From Pelagomonas calceolata (lineage: Eukaryota), in NCBI GenBank assembly GCA_918797485.1, contig CAKKNE010000004.1, positions 4,340,001-4,404,000 on the forward strand: a stretch of 64,000 nucleotides of DNA, in the 5' to 3' direction. The translations under genes were made by a program, and so were the position numbers. A model generated the notes under the pieces. It was not told where the DNA came from. It made no database searches and saw only the letters and a program-made list of their open reading frames with translations. Shown one piece after another: positions 22,239 to 31,121 of this stretch (position 1 is its first letter; every line of letters starts with the position of its first letter).

Positions 22239-22620
22239 GGTCCCGCGCGCGTTGTGGTCCCGCGTCGACGGCGTTGATGGGCCGGGCAACGAGCTGGGTC
22301 ACCCAAGCGATATTCGGCCGACGCAGTAGAGGGCAAGAGGCCTGGCGCAGTCGCAGCGCGCTGGCTTGCAAGCAATGATAAGAGCCGCGCGCGGCGTATA
22401 GAGCGTGTGGACGCCACCCGATAGACCTAATCACGTCGGCCTCCTCACTTTTTTTTGGCTTGCTAGTGTCCTACTACGCTAGCTGTTTTTTACGTGTGCT
22501 TTGCTAGCTAGGCCGCCTAGCCGCCTGGCCGACGTATCTCTTGGGACTCGAGCTGGCTGCGAGAACGAAATATACTATATAACATAGTTACTACTCCCGG
22601 GCCAACGACCGACCGCCACC

Positions 22621-25600
22621 CTAGAGCAGCTTCTCCGCCGTCAGCGCCGCGCCGTCCGCGTTCGCCTCGTCGATGCCGCCGGCCGACGCGAAGCAGGCAG
22701 CAGTCGCATCTAAAGCAGCCAACCTATCACCGAACCGCTGGAAATCACTAGGCGACGCATTCAAGACTTGCGACCGCCACTTCTTCCGCTGTTCCAGAGT
22801 CGTGCCTTGTAAATAATGTCTCAAGGACGCCATGCCCTTCTGGTCCGGACCCAAGGGAGAATCTAAATCCCCGATGGCCGCCACGATGGCCTTCGTCAGC
22901 TCCGCGTCGTCGACTTTGAGGTCCTTCAAATACGTCGCAGCGCCATCATACGTATCAAGCGTCTTTTTCAAATTAGGATCTCTGTACGAAGAGAAGACGA
23001 AGGACCCCGAGATCGGGTTCGAGGAGGCCGACGAGCCATACGCGCCGCCCTGCACCCTAACTTGATTCCAGAGGTAGTCGAGCGACAGGAAGCGTCGCAC
23101 CACAGAGTCGGCACCCGACGTCGTCTCACCAGGCTTATATAAAGAGCCGCCCTTGGCCACGTAGTTCACTTGCGTCGGCACGGAGAATGCCTCGTTCGGC
23201 TTTACGGCGACGAGCGAAGATAGCGAGGACCAGTCCGGGACGTCCGAGGATGTTCCTTGACCGAATAACTGGGCGCAGAAGCTTCCGAGCTGTGCAGAGG
23301 CCGCGTCCAGGGCCTTCTTGTCTCCGGTCAAATTGACCACGGTCGCGGACGACGCCCGCTGCAGGATCTTCGAGCGCATGGCCTCTAAACGTGACAGTAG
23401 AGCAGGCCAGTCGTTCTGCGCCGTGTCGAGGAGCTCGAGCACCTTAAAGTAGTGGCTGACACCGCCCGTCGCCTCGTTCACCAATCCCGCGGAGTTCAGG
23501 CCGGCAGAGATCCGTAGGGAAGCGTAGGCCTGGCCCGACGTCCTGAATGCGGACTCATATCTAGCTTTCGACTCCTTGAGCATCTCCACAACCCGAGTTT
23601 GGGAATAGCCGAAGTCTGCGTTTGTAAGAATATCACCCATCAGCGAGAATAAATCCGAGGCGCGTTCATGCGTCGCCTTGCCCCTCAGGATGTATCGGTA
23701 CACGATATCGTCCGGCTGGGCCACGGTGCCGTCCTCCGGCACTCTCAGCGTGCACAACACGCTCCCGCCGACGCCGCCGGTCTTCGCGCCGAGCTGCCTC
23801 TGTAGTTGTGTGGGATCGAGCTTACCCTTAATACCCGTCTCCTGCATCATCCGACCAAATAGCGGTACGAGCGGTAAGTCCTCCGGGTCCAATGCACCTC
23901 TCAAATCCAGCGCAACATCAGCGTAGATGATACCGGCCGTAGGCAATTCTCTGGTGAGTAACACCGTATTGTCATAGCCAGCGACCGTAGACTCGTCGCG
24001 AGGCAAGGTTTGCGGCTCAGACGATAGATCCTTCAATCCTAGGGAAGGGATCGTCGCCAGTGCCTCCGGAGAGTCGGGCGTCGACTGGATCTCCTTGAGG
24101 CGCGCCGCCTTCTTTGCTACGGCGTCGAGCTGGTCCGGAGACATCTCGTCGCGCAGCGCCGCGAGTCGCGACGCCTCCTCCTGCTTCTGCGACTCCTCGA
24201 GGCCCTCGTCGGGCGTCATCTCGATGGTCACGCGGTGCGTGTTGTCCACGAGCAATGTCTTCAGTAAACGCGCGAAGTAGGCGTTCGCATCTACAGACAG
24301 CTCCTTTTTCAAATCAGCAAGAGGCTGCTCGAAGCGCAGCGCGTCCACCGGATCCCTTTCATAAATCCAGTTCCGCATCATGCCGAGCATGAAGGATAGA
24401 CCTTTGGGGAACGAGCCCGTGTTGAACTCCCTCAGACTAAACTCGATCGTGTTGAGCGAGGCCTCCAAGTCGTCGGCCGCGAAGCCCTCGGACGCTAAGG
24501 TCGATAGAGTGTCTACAACTAACGCTTCGACCTTCGGGACGTCGTCCTTGGCCACGCCCTTCAATCCTACGGAATACGTCGGCTGGACCAACTCATCAGA
24601 CAACCCACCACCGACGACGCTCTCACCCAATCCGCTATCAGTTAAGGCCTTCCGTAAGCGACTGGTAGAGGTGCCCAGCAACAAATGGTCCAGGACGGCC
24701 AACCCGAGTTCGTCCTTCGGCGACGGTGGGGTCTCCGTCAGCAGCCAGTTCACGGACACCATGTGCTGGCCGCCCTCCTCGTCGTCACTGGACGACGCGG
24801 GGAAGCCCAATTTCACGTGCTTCGGCTCCTTGATGGTTAGTTTCTGCGTTTTGATCTGCGTGGAAATGTCGCGCTCCGAGAACTCTGATAGGTACTCCTC
24901 CAACAGATCCAAGCGCGCCGCGGGATCGTCGTCCCCGTAAAAATACACGCGAGCGTTCCCGGGGTGGTAGAACTCGCCGTGGAAGTCACGGAATTGATCG
25001 AAACCTAGTTGCGGGATCGCCGCGGGGTCGCCTCCCGAATCCACAGCATAAGCGTTGTCCGGGAACAGGGCCTGCTGCGAGGCCCGAGCCATCAACGAGT
25101 CCGGCGAGCTATAAACTCCTTTCATCTCGTTGTACACGACTCCACTGTATGTTAATTTGTCTCCCTCAAGTTCGTAGTGCCAGCCCTCCTGTTCGAGGAC
25201 CGTCGGGTCTTGCGCCGCTCGAGGGTGGAAGACCGCATCTAAATACACTCTCGCTAAATTCCGGAAGTCCTCCAAGTTCTGGGAAGCGACGGGGTAGCAC
25301 GTCCTATCCGGATACGTAAAGGCGTTTAAGAAGGTCTGCAGACTACCTTTGAGCAGTTCGACGAAGGGTTCTTTGGTGGGGTACTGCCTCGAACCACACA
25401 GCACGGAATGCTCCAAGATATGAGGTAAACCCGTACTGTCGCGGGGCGGCGTGCGAAATGTCACGCCGAAGACCTTGTTGTCGTCGTCGGGCTTGATGAC
25501 GGACAAAACTTGGGCCTTGGACTTCTTGTGCTCGTAGAGGTGGCAGGTCGCGCCGTACTCGTCGAGCGTCTCCGTCTTTAGTAAGGTGAAGGCCTCGTGT

Positions 25601-25890
25601 TGGGGCGCTTCGGTCGATGAAGGCGGTGTGAGCGTCGAGGTCATTTTTTGTGCTTTGAACCCCCATCTAGGGCGTCTCAAAGTGCGCCAGCCTCGTAACG
25701 CTTCTCTCCCAGTAGCTAGGAAGGTGCCACCGAGCAGCGCGACGGGCGCGGCGCGTTTGGTGGTGAGCGCGATGCTCGACATCCTCGACGTCTGGCGGGA
25801 CATGACGGGCCGCGCGCCGGTCACGCGCAAGCCACCTCGTGCTAAGAGGGACATCTTGAGCAGGAAGGCTGACCCTAGGAGCCAGCGCAT
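22621..25890 (-). CDS. PreP: Presequence protease (M16C metallopeptidase)
   Basis: HILEHSVLCGS inverted zinc motif, LQTFLNAFTYPDRTCYP, GVVYNEMKG, VRVQGGAYG, SYRDPN; N-terminal targeting extension. Confidence 0.95.
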   Translation of the reverse strand: MRWLLGSAFLLKMSLLARGGLRVTGARPVMSRQTSRMSSIALTTKRAAPVALLGGTFLATGREALRGWRTLRRPRWGFKAQKMTSTLTPPSSTEAPQHEAFTLLKTETLDEYGATCHLYEHKKSKAQVLSVIKPDDDNKVFGVTFRTPPRDSTGLPHILEHSVLCGSRQYPTKEPFVELLKGSLQTFLNAFTYPDRTCYPVASQNLEDFRNLARVYLDAVFHPRAAQDPTVLEQEGWHYELEGDKLTYSGVVYNEMKGVYSSPDSLMARASQQALFPDNAYAVDSGGDPAAIPQLGFDQFRDFHGEFYHPGNARVYFYGDDDPAARLDLLEEYLSEFSERDISTQIKTQKLTIKEPKHVKLGFPASSSDDEEGGQHMVSVNWLLTETPPSPKDELGLAVLDHLLLGTSTSRLRKALTDSGLGESVVGGGLSDELVQPTYSVGLKGVAKDDVPKVEALVVDTLSTLASEGFAADDLEASLNTIEFSLREFNTGSFPKGLSFMLGMMRNWIYERDPVDALRFEQPLADLKKELSVDANAYFARLLKTLLVDNTHRVTIEMTPDEGLEESQKQEEASRLAALRDEMSPDQLDAVAKKAARLKEIQSTPDSPEALATIPSLGLKDLSSEPQTLPRDESTVAGYDNTVLLTRELPTAGIIYADVALDLRGALDPEDLPLVPLFGRMMQETGIKGKLDPTQLQRQLGAKTGGVGGSVLCTLRVPEDGTVAQPDDIVYRYILRGKATHERASDLFSLMGDILTNADFGYSQTRVVEMLKESKARYESAFRTSGQAYASLRISAGLNSAGLVNEATGGVSHYFKVLELLDTAQNDWPALLSRLEAMRSKILQRASSATVVNLTGDKKALDAASAQLGSFCAQLFGQGTSSDVPDWSSLSSLVAVKPNEAFSVPTQVNYVAKGGSLYKPGETTSGADSVVRRFLSLDYLWNQVRVQGGAYGSSASSNPISGSFVFSSYRDPNLKKTLDTYDGAATYLKDLKVDDAELTKAIVAAIGDLDSPLGPDQKGMASLRHYLQGTTLEQRKKWRSQVLNASPSDFQRFGDRLAALDATAACFASAGGIDEANADGAALTAEKLL

Positions 25891-26351
25891 TTGTTCCTTG
25901 CTTTGCTGCTGCGCGACGGCGTTGCCTCGCGCTGCGTGCAGCTCTTGTGAGCTGTTAGAGCTGTCTCTTGAGCAACTCCTGTGCAGGTATAATGCACCAG
26001 CGCGTCGACGAACACGCGGGCAAAACAGAGGCTGTGCCAGCCTGGTAGTTGAGCGGGTCGTCTCCGCGACCGATGGTCGTCGAAGACATTTGTGGAGGCC
26101 TCATTCCACGCGAATCTAAGAGAAATACCGGCTAAACATCTAGCGTCATACAAGCTCTAGCGTTTCAAGCCCGGGCGCAAAAACTAGCAAGACGCCGCCG
26201 CTGCGGGCTCAGCACAGCAGCAGGCTAGCGGAACGTGGTCTCCATTTGTGCTGCGAGCACCGCTTCCAGCGATTTGGCTGCGGTAGCGCATAAATCAGCC
26301 AATAGACACCTGGGCACTACACCGGTTTCGCACCGCCAGCGGCGCGCAGCG

Positions 26352-28028
26352 ATGGCCGAAGCGTCAACGGACGAGCTCCTCGCCGACCTCAAACGCTTAA
26401 TTGACGACGGCCTCTTCGCGTCCGCCGAAATCCTCGGATCGTTGCTGTTAGCCAGGTGCGACACCGAAGCTCACCCCGCGCGCGAACGGGGCGACGCCTT
26501 GAGCCTCTACGCCGACGCCCTGTTCGGCAAGGGCGAGCACAAGCGCGCGAGGTCCTACTACCGGAGAGCTATCGAGCGAAGACGCGGCGCCGGCCCATGG
26601 CAAGGAGACGGGGATGGCGCGAGAGCGAGGGACGAGGCCGAAGCGCGCCTACGACTGAGGGAGGCCGAGTGCGGCGTCGTGCTGGATGAACACGCCGCGG
26701 CGATTGGGTCGATCGAAGCTGTTCCTGTGGAATTGCGACCCGCGAAAGCTAGAGCGTTACTCGGCAAGCTCTACTTACAGTCAGGCCTCAAAAGGAACGC
26801 CATTACGGCCTTCGAGAGCGCCCTCGACAAGGACCCACTATGCCTGGAAGTCGTCGAACCGCTGCAACGCCTCAAGGCCTCGCAGCAGGACTTCGAGGAA
26901 GACGACGCGATGGATTCTACGAACGAAAAGTACCCTTGGTTAACAGCCTTTGCCGAGGCCCACCAAGCCCTGGCCCAGCACGACCCGACGCGCGCCGCGA
27001 ACGCCTGGAGCGACGTTGAACAGAGGGGCGACTTCCACGGGAACTTGTATGGGCTGTGTAGGAGGGCGGTGGCTCGCGCGGAGGCGGGGGATGATGCGGA
27101 AGCTAGGGTGGCGTTTGCGCGAGCTAGAGCTGCCGACCCGTTGAATGTCGATAGCATGGACCACTGCGCTTTGCTACTAAAGAGGCGAAACGCCGAGGAC
27201 GAGCTCACGGCTCTGGCGAGGGATTTAGTCGCGACCGACCGGAAGCGCCCGGAGGCCTGGTTGGCCGTTGCTGCGAAGTTCGACTGCGCCGGCGACCGGG
27301 ACGCTGCTCTCCAGTTCGTGGACAAGGCTATAGCTTTAGATGCGAGGCACGCTCTCGCTTTCAGGTTACGAGGGGAGCTCCTATTAGCGCAAGGCAAGGC
27401 CGAGCACTCGATCGTGGCCTACTTCCAAGCAAATAATGTGGCGAAGGACCTGGCTTCTTATAGAGGACTAGTGCTGGCATACCTGTCGACGCGAAAGTAT
27501 AAGGAGGCCCTTTGCACGGCGAAGGAGGCCGTCGCGACATTACCGAGAAATGCGAAAGCGATAGCGCTGGTCGGTAGAGTGTTGGCTACCTCTCCAGAAG
27601 GTGCGGACAAGGCGCGACGGGCCTTCCAGAAGGCCTTGCAGCTCGACGCGTCTTGCGCTGATGCGGCCCTCGCCTTAGCTGACTTGCATGCCCAACGAGG
27701 GGAGTGCGACGCCGCTGCTGAGTTACTCACGAGGGCCTTGTCGGAGAACGAGCAGGATACGTTGCATAGCAAGTTAGGCGACGTCTACGTCATCGCGGGC
27801 GAGGAGCGCTACCCGGAAGCCCTCGCGAGCTACCACGCCGCCCTCTCCCTGAACCCGGCGTCGGACGCCGCGCTCACGGGACTGGACCGGCTGGAAAAGC
27901 TCATGGCCGGCGTCGACCCGGACCTGAGCGACGAGCACGACTCCTGTGATGATGAGGAAGCACCGGACACGGCCAACTCGGCGCACGACGTCGAGGAGGA
28001 CGCGCTCGAGAGCGCGGCGTACCTCTAG
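26352..28028 (+). CDS. APC7: Anaphase-promoting complex subunit 7-like TPR protein
   Basis: Tandem TPRs with APC7-like segments (LYADALFGKGEHKRA, DPLCLE, YRGLVLAYL..KEAL..A, ALASYHAALSLNP..GLDRLEK). Confidence 0.75.
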   Translation: MAEASTDELLADLKRLIDDGLFASAEILGSLLLARCDTEAHPARERGDALSLYADALFGKGEHKRARSYYRRAIERRRGAGPWQGDGDGARARDEAEARLRLREAECGVVLDEHAAAIGSIEAVPVELRPAKARALLGKLYLQSGLKRNAITAFESALDKDPLCLEVVEPLQRLKASQQDFEEDDAMDSTNEKYPWLTAFAEAHQALAQHDPTRAANAWSDVEQRGDFHGNLYGLCRRAVARAEAGDDAEARVAFARARAADPLNVDSMDHCALLLKRRNAEDELTALARDLVATDRKRPEAWLAVAAKFDCAGDRDAALQFVDKAIALDARHALAFRLRGELLLAQGKAEHSIVAYFQANNVAKDLASYRGLVLAYLSTRKYKEALCTAKEAVATLPRNAKAIALVGRVLATSPEGADKARRAFQKALQLDASCADAALALADLHAQRGECDAAAELLTRALSENEQDTLHSKLGDVYVIAGEERYPEALASYHAALSLNPASDAALTGLDRLEKLMAGVDPDLSDEHDSCDDEEAPDTANSAHDVEEDALESAAYL

Positions 28029-28053
28029 GTTCGTAAACATACAGGTTATTCTT

Positions 28054-30831
28054 CTAGAGTGACGAACACGCGTCCATAAATCGCCGCCGCTCCGGCTCGG
28101 ACCATTGCGATAATTCTAGAGCGTCGTCGAGGTCGTCGATGTCGCAGCATCGAAGGTCCGCGAGCGAGTCGGCCACGTCTCGCAATCGCGCGTGCCGGGC
28201 GACAGGCACGTGTTGCGCCATCCACGCCTCGAATTCTTCCGCGGCGTCGACCCACGCGCCTCGGCGAGTGTCCCAGGTGCGATTCGGAGGGGCGGGGCCG
28301 GGCGGCTCCGGTACATACTGCCCGCCGACGGACTCGACCGAGCACTCCGAGGACGACGACGAGTAGCCGTCGTCACCTGGCGGCGTCGGCGGGTCCGTGC
28401 CGTCCTCCGAGTCCTCCCGCGTCAGGTCGATGCACTGCGGCGCGGCGCGCGGCGCCGGCGGTCGAGGGGGCGGCGGCGCAGCGGCGGTGACCGCCTCACT
28501 ATCGGCGGGAGCACGAGGTGGCGGCGGGAGCGATGGCCGCGGAGACGCCGAGTCGTTCTCAGAGGACTGATCCCACCGCGCCCAGGGCGCTTCTGTCCGC
28601 GGCCTTTTCGCTTCCGGATCCATCGCCTCTTCGCGCTCGCGCCGCACGTCCGCGCCCCCCCACAAGCAAACCGGCGCGCCGATCTCCTCCGCCAACCGCC
28701 TGTTCCGCTCCTTGGCCGTGGCATCATCGACGTCGTCGTCGTCCGTCTTGGTTTCGACGATGGCGTCGGGTGGCCTAGCGCGACCCGAGCGCCTAGCTAC
28801 ACTCCGGGGTACGGGAGGATTCAGGCGGCTCGACCGCTTGCCCGCCGCGCACGACTTGGCGTGCTGCACCGCCGCCGGCGCGTGCTGGAACGTTCGCGGG
28901 CAGCCCGCAGGACACGGGAAGCAGCCCCGTGCGTCGCGCGGGAGGAGCCGGTGCGCCTGGGCACGAGAGACTCCCAGCACAATCCCGGCCGCGGCCGAGG
29001 CGAGGCGCTCGCGGTGCAATCGAGCCGCAGTGATTCTTGAGGTTTGTCCGCAGTGATTCTTGAGGTTTTCCAAAAGCATCAAAATATCGGTCTCCAAAGA
29101 CCATGACCACCCATCAGGGCAGAGGGCGCACCGAACATGAGTCGCAGTCACCACGAACTGGCGCCGCTCCGTGCCGTCCGCACACGTGAAGCGGTTCTTG
29201 AATTCTCGGCCGCCGCGGCTGAAGCGTATTATGCCGTCGATTCGCGCTTGCACGTAGTCCTTCTGCGAGGCCGGGCGGACGCACAGCGCGGCTTCCTCCT
29301 CCGTCAGTGTCGCTTCCGTCAATTGTCGGGGGTTAAGCATCACCACGGCGCCGGTCGTCGTCGTCACTTCCCTCCAGCCCTTAGGACAATCGATAATCAC
29401 TCCGCGCACCGTCGAATCATCGATTTGTGCTACCTGTGCGCCGACGATGCACCAGTCACCAGTTACAGGGTACGGCTTGTTGACGTAGGTCTCGCCGGCG
29501 GCGCGGGCCTTGAGCTTGTCGATAAAGTCCGCCTTGCGGTCCTGCGGGCCGCGGCCCACGCCGCGCCGCGCCATGAGCTTTCTCAGCTGCGTCCCGGTCA
29601 TGGCCTCAAGCGCGGCGTCGGAGGGGAGCCGCTGCGTCGTCCGCATTGCCCTCCAGAATGGAGACTCGACGGCACTCAAAGCTTGAGAGGTATCTCGGAC
29701 GATGAGGCAGCCGGCCGCGGCAGCTGTCGCAAGCTGGCGCGCCTGGGCATGCGAGATGCCCAGCACCGTTCCGGCCTCGTCGGTGGTTGCGACGGGCGGC
29801 GCGGCCGCGGCCGAGGCGAGGCGCTCGCGGTGCAATTGAGCCGAGGGCCTCTGACCTGACGTTTGTCCGCAGTGATTCTTGAGGTTTCCCAAAAGCACCA
29901 AAATATCGGTCTCCAAAGACCATGACCACCCATCAGGGCAGAGGGCGCACCGAACATGAGTCGCCGTCACCACAAACTGCCGCCGCTCCGTGCCGTCCGC
30001 ACACGTGAAGCGGTTCTTGAATTCGCGGCCGCCGTGGCTGAACCGTACCAAGCCGTCGATCCGTGCTTGAACGTAGTCCTTGTGCGAGGCCGGGCGGACG
30101 CATCGCGCGGTCTCCTCGTCCGTCAGCGTCGTTCGCGTCAACTTTGAGGGTCGTATCATCACCACGGAGCCGGTCGTCGTCGCAACTTCCCTCCAGCCCG
30201 TAGTGTAGCCAGTGATGACGCCGCGGACCGTCGCATCGTCGGAATCCTCTACATGTGTTCCGACGACGCACCAGTCGCCGGTCACAGCAGCGGCACGCAG
30301 CGGTGGCGGTGCCGCAGCGACAACGGCGCTCGTGGGCTGCTGGCGCCGCCGTTTCAGCGCGGGGGCGGCCGCCGCCGGGAGACTAACGGCCGCCGCAGGG
30401 GCCCGCCTCCGGACAAGCTTCTCGCCCGACCTGCTCACGGCACGAATCCTATTTTGGTAGTAGCCGTCGGCCCACGCAATCTCGTAGTAGACTTCTAGTT
30501 CGACAACAACTTCAGCGACGACGCCGGGATACCATTTCCCCTCCCACAGCGCCTCGACCTCGGCACCCACTGCGAACTCCGCGACTGGCGGCGGCGCGAC
30601 GCGGACGCGCTTGCGCGTTCGGGGCCCCTCAGGCACAATAATTGTGGCGTCCGGCTGCTGCTCGCGCCGCCGTTTCAGCGCCGCGGCGACCGCCTCCGGG
30701 AGGCTAGCCGGTGCTTCGTTCGTGGGGTTGCCGACGCGGCGGCGCGTGGGGCAGGCGGCTGCTGGGGCGACCGCCTCCTGCTCATCCAAGAGGACGTCGA
30801 GCTGCGCGAGGGCGACCTCGGCCGGGTTCAT
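28054..30831 (-). CDS. Multidomain protein: Tudor/Agenet, two copies of the unrecognised domain, SAP/HeH-like motif, C2HC zinc finger
   Basis: FAVGAEVEALWEGKWYPG; MTGTQLRKLMARRGV..KADFIDKL; CPAGCPRTF..HAKSC; long internal duplication; first ATG near 30831. Confidence 0.75.
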   Translation of the reverse strand: MNPAEVALAQLDVLLDEQEAVAPAAACPTRRRVGNPTNEAPASLPEAVAAALKRRREQQPDATIIVPEGPRTRKRVRVAPPPVAEFAVGAEVEALWEGKWYPGVVAEVVVELEVYYEIAWADGYYQNRIRAVSRSGEKLVRRRAPAAAVSLPAAAAPALKRRRQQPTSAVVAAAPPPLRAAAVTGDWCVVGTHVEDSDDATVRGVITGYTTGWREVATTTGSVVMIRPSKLTRTTLTDEETARCVRPASHKDYVQARIDGLVRFSHGGREFKNRFTCADGTERRQFVVTATHVRCALCPDGWSWSLETDILVLLGNLKNHCGQTSGQRPSAQLHRERLASAAAAPPVATTDEAGTVLGISHAQARQLATAAAAGCLIVRDTSQALSAVESPFWRAMRTTQRLPSDAALEAMTGTQLRKLMARRGVGRGPQDRKADFIDKLKARAAGETYVNKPYPVTGDWCIVGAQVAQIDDSTVRGVIIDCPKGWREVTTTTGAVVMLNPRQLTEATLTEEEAALCVRPASQKDYVQARIDGIIRFSRGGREFKNRFTCADGTERRQFVVTATHVRCALCPDGWSWSLETDILMLLENLKNHCGQTSRITAARLHRERLASAAAGIVLGVSRAQAHRLLPRDARGCFPCPAGCPRTFQHAPAAVQHAKSCAAGKRSSRLNPPVPRSVARRSGRARPPDAIVETKTDDDDVDDATAKERNRRLAEEIGAPVCLWGGADVRREREEAMDPEAKRPRTEAPWARWDQSSENDSASPRPSLPPPPRAPADSEAVTAAAPPPPRPPAPRAAPQCIDLTREDSEDGTDPPTPPGDDGYSSSSSECSVESVGGQYVPEPPGPAPPNRTWDTRRGAWVDAAEEFEAWMAQHVPVARHARLRDVADSLADLRCCDIDDLDDALELSQWSEPERRRFMDACSSL

Positions 30832-30948
30832 GATGGGGGCAGCGTCTCCATCGACGTACAAGCTCGTATCGTTCGGACGTTCCGCAACTCGGATTCACGG
30901 CGGCTAGCGCGGTCGGTAAGACACTAGCAAGCTGGAGGGGTACGGGGA

Positions 30949-31010
30949 ACCCTGCGACGTAACTAGCCTCAGCCTCAGCACCCTGCGACGTAACTAGCCT
31001 CAGCCTCAGC
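30949..31010. repeat. Perfect tandem duplication, 2 x 31 bp
   Basis: accctgcgacgtaactagcctcagcctcagc at 30949 and 30980. Confidence 0.95.
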
Positions 31011-31121
31011 CACTCGGATGAAAGACGCCCACTAGTCCTCTACACTAGTCCCAGCACCGCAACAGAGATAGCACGGACCGCACAAAGAATTCATATGCTC
31101 ACATTACCACACCCCCAAGAA

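Noticed and set aside
30949..31010. 31-bp direct repeats as a possible CRISPR array
   Set aside because: Two adjacent copies with no spacer, no cas genes, eukaryotic context.
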